From assembly GCA_037969055.1 (NCBI GenBank), contig JBBKWR010000119.1, forward strand, positions 577 through 64,576: DNA of 64,000 nt. The letters are read 5' to 3'. The stretch's first letter is position 1. Each line of letters starts with the position of its first letter. Made by a program: the position numbers and the translations under genes. The notes beneath the pieces were generated by a model. That model was not told the DNA's origin. It worked only from the letters and a program-made list of their open reading frames with translations, and searched no databases. Source of the DNA: Flavobacteriaceae bacterium. GTDB taxonomy: Bacteria; Bacteroidota; Bacteroidia; Flavobacteriales; Flavobacteriaceae. This document shows positions 62,746 through 64,000 of the stretch, one piece after another.

Positions 62746-62985
62746 AACGCAAAAGTCGCAATTAAAGCGATTTGCACAAGCGGAAATCTTACCAAAATAA
62801 ATATTGTGATTAAAAAGAGATCTCTTCTTTGTTTGGTTAAAGATGGAATGGAAAGCTTAGTATCCTCTCAAATGGCGCTAATCTTTTAGGGCGGATCACG
62901 AAAGGCCCAAACGCTAATATTTCGGTCAATATTTTGGAATAAAGTACGAATTGTCGTTACCTTGGCCCAAGTAATTTAAGGCTTT

Positions 62986-63936
62986 ATGAAGCAAGTATTT
63001 TGTATAGGTGAATTGTTGGTCGATTTTGTTGCCGAAAAACAGGGCAACGATCTTTCCAAGGCTGAAATTTTTACTAAAAAGCCGGGAGGTGCCCCTGCAA
63101 ATGTAGCTTGCGCCATTGCCAAGTTGGGAGGGAACAGCAAGTTTGTCGGTTGTGTGGGCAAAGATCCTTTCGGTACATATTTGTTGGAAGTCTTAGCGGC
63201 AAACCACGTTGATATATCCCTTGTACAACGATCAAAAACTTTTACGACCTTGGCCTATGTTTCCATTTCGGAAGATGGGGAGCGGGATTTTGTTTTTAGC
63301 CGTGGGGCGGACAAAGAACTAAAGTATGACCCAGATCTTAAAAATGCCATCAAGGGCAATATGATACATTTGGGCGCAGCCACCGCCTTACTCGGCGGAG
63401 ATTTGGAAAAAACCTATGGCCGATACTTTTTTGATGCGCTCACCCTTAAAGCCTTTATTAGCTTTGATCCCAATTTTCGCTCAGATCTTTGGAAAAATCA
63501 AGAAGATATTTTTGTCAAAAAATGCATGCCTTTTATTGAAAAATCGCACTTGGGCAAATTTAGCTTTGAGGAGGCGCAACTCCTGTCGGGTAAGACCGAT
63601 CTATACGAATGTTGTGATTTTCTTCACAAGGTGGGCACTAAGATCATAACAATAACTTTAGGAAAAGATGGCACCTTTTTAAGTACCACTACCTTTAAAA
63701 AAATAATTCCTAGCATGCCGGTTACCCCTATTGACACCACAGGGGCAGGGGATGCATTTATTGGCTGCCTTTTGCACCAGATTTCTGCCCTTAAAGATAC
63801 CGACATTATTTTCGAGGATACGGAAATGCTGATTAAGATGGTGGCACTTGCAAACAGGGCAGGTGCTATCACCACCACAAATTTTGGGGCGATCCCTTCG
63901 TTGCCCGATCAAAATCAACTACACGCCATAGGATGA
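62986..63936 (+). CDS. PfkB family carbohydrate kinase (fructokinase-like)
   Basis: GGAPANVA, DPNFR, DTTGAGDAF. Confidence 0.93.
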   Translation: MKQVFCIGELLVDFVAEKQGNDLSKAEIFTKKPGGAPANVACAIAKLGGNSKFVGCVGKDPFGTYLLEVLAANHVDISLVQRSKTFTTLAYVSISEDGERDFVFSRGADKELKYDPDLKNAIKGNMIHLGAATALLGGDLEKTYGRYFFDALTLKAFISFDPNFRSDLWKNQEDIFVKKCMPFIEKSHLGKFSFEEAQLLSGKTDLYECCDFLHKVGTKIITITLGKDGTFLSTTTFKKIIPSMPVTPIDTTGAGDAFIGCLLHQISALKDTDIIFEDTEMLIKMVALANRAGAITTTNFGAIPSLPDQNQLHAIG

Positions 63937-64000
63937 ACCAAGCCTCACTGCATCAATTCATGGTTTCGGAATACCTCAATGCAAAAAAGGATACAGATTT
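63933..64000 (+). CDS. 5' end of the next gene (partial)
   Basis: ATGA overlap with the pfkB stop codon; frame open to the window edge. Confidence 0.5.
   Translation, partial: MNQASLHQFMVSEYLNAKKDTD

Overview
Chromosomal window from a Flavobacteriaceae (Bacteroidota) bacterium, judged from gene content and TAnnTTTG promoters. From about 9.5 kb to the end it is mostly housekeeping genes (pgi, kynA, hppD, uvrC, lspA, ileS, recO, gdhA, gpsA, glpD, glpK, nbaC). The first ~8.9 kb is the right-hand end of an integrative element. Its large serine recombinase sits at a junction that cuts a TonB-dependent receptor gene short. Inside the element is an array of single-gene cassettes, all on the + strand. 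They are separated by ~105-140 bp imperfect hairpins with attC-like AAC...GTT boundaries, and no IntI gene is present in the window. The start of each cassette is complementary to its own end, and the stem mismatches favour folding of the bottom strand. One of these sites carries two insertions: an IS1182 element and an IS110 element. The non-coding end of the IS110 contains a readable bridge RNA whose target loop matches the repeat and whose donor loop matches the element's own circle junction. Elsewhere there is a candidate sRNA, a UUGGUU-rich motif repeated upstream of three terminators, two unannotated small membrane peptides, and direct repeats with 21-bp spacing.
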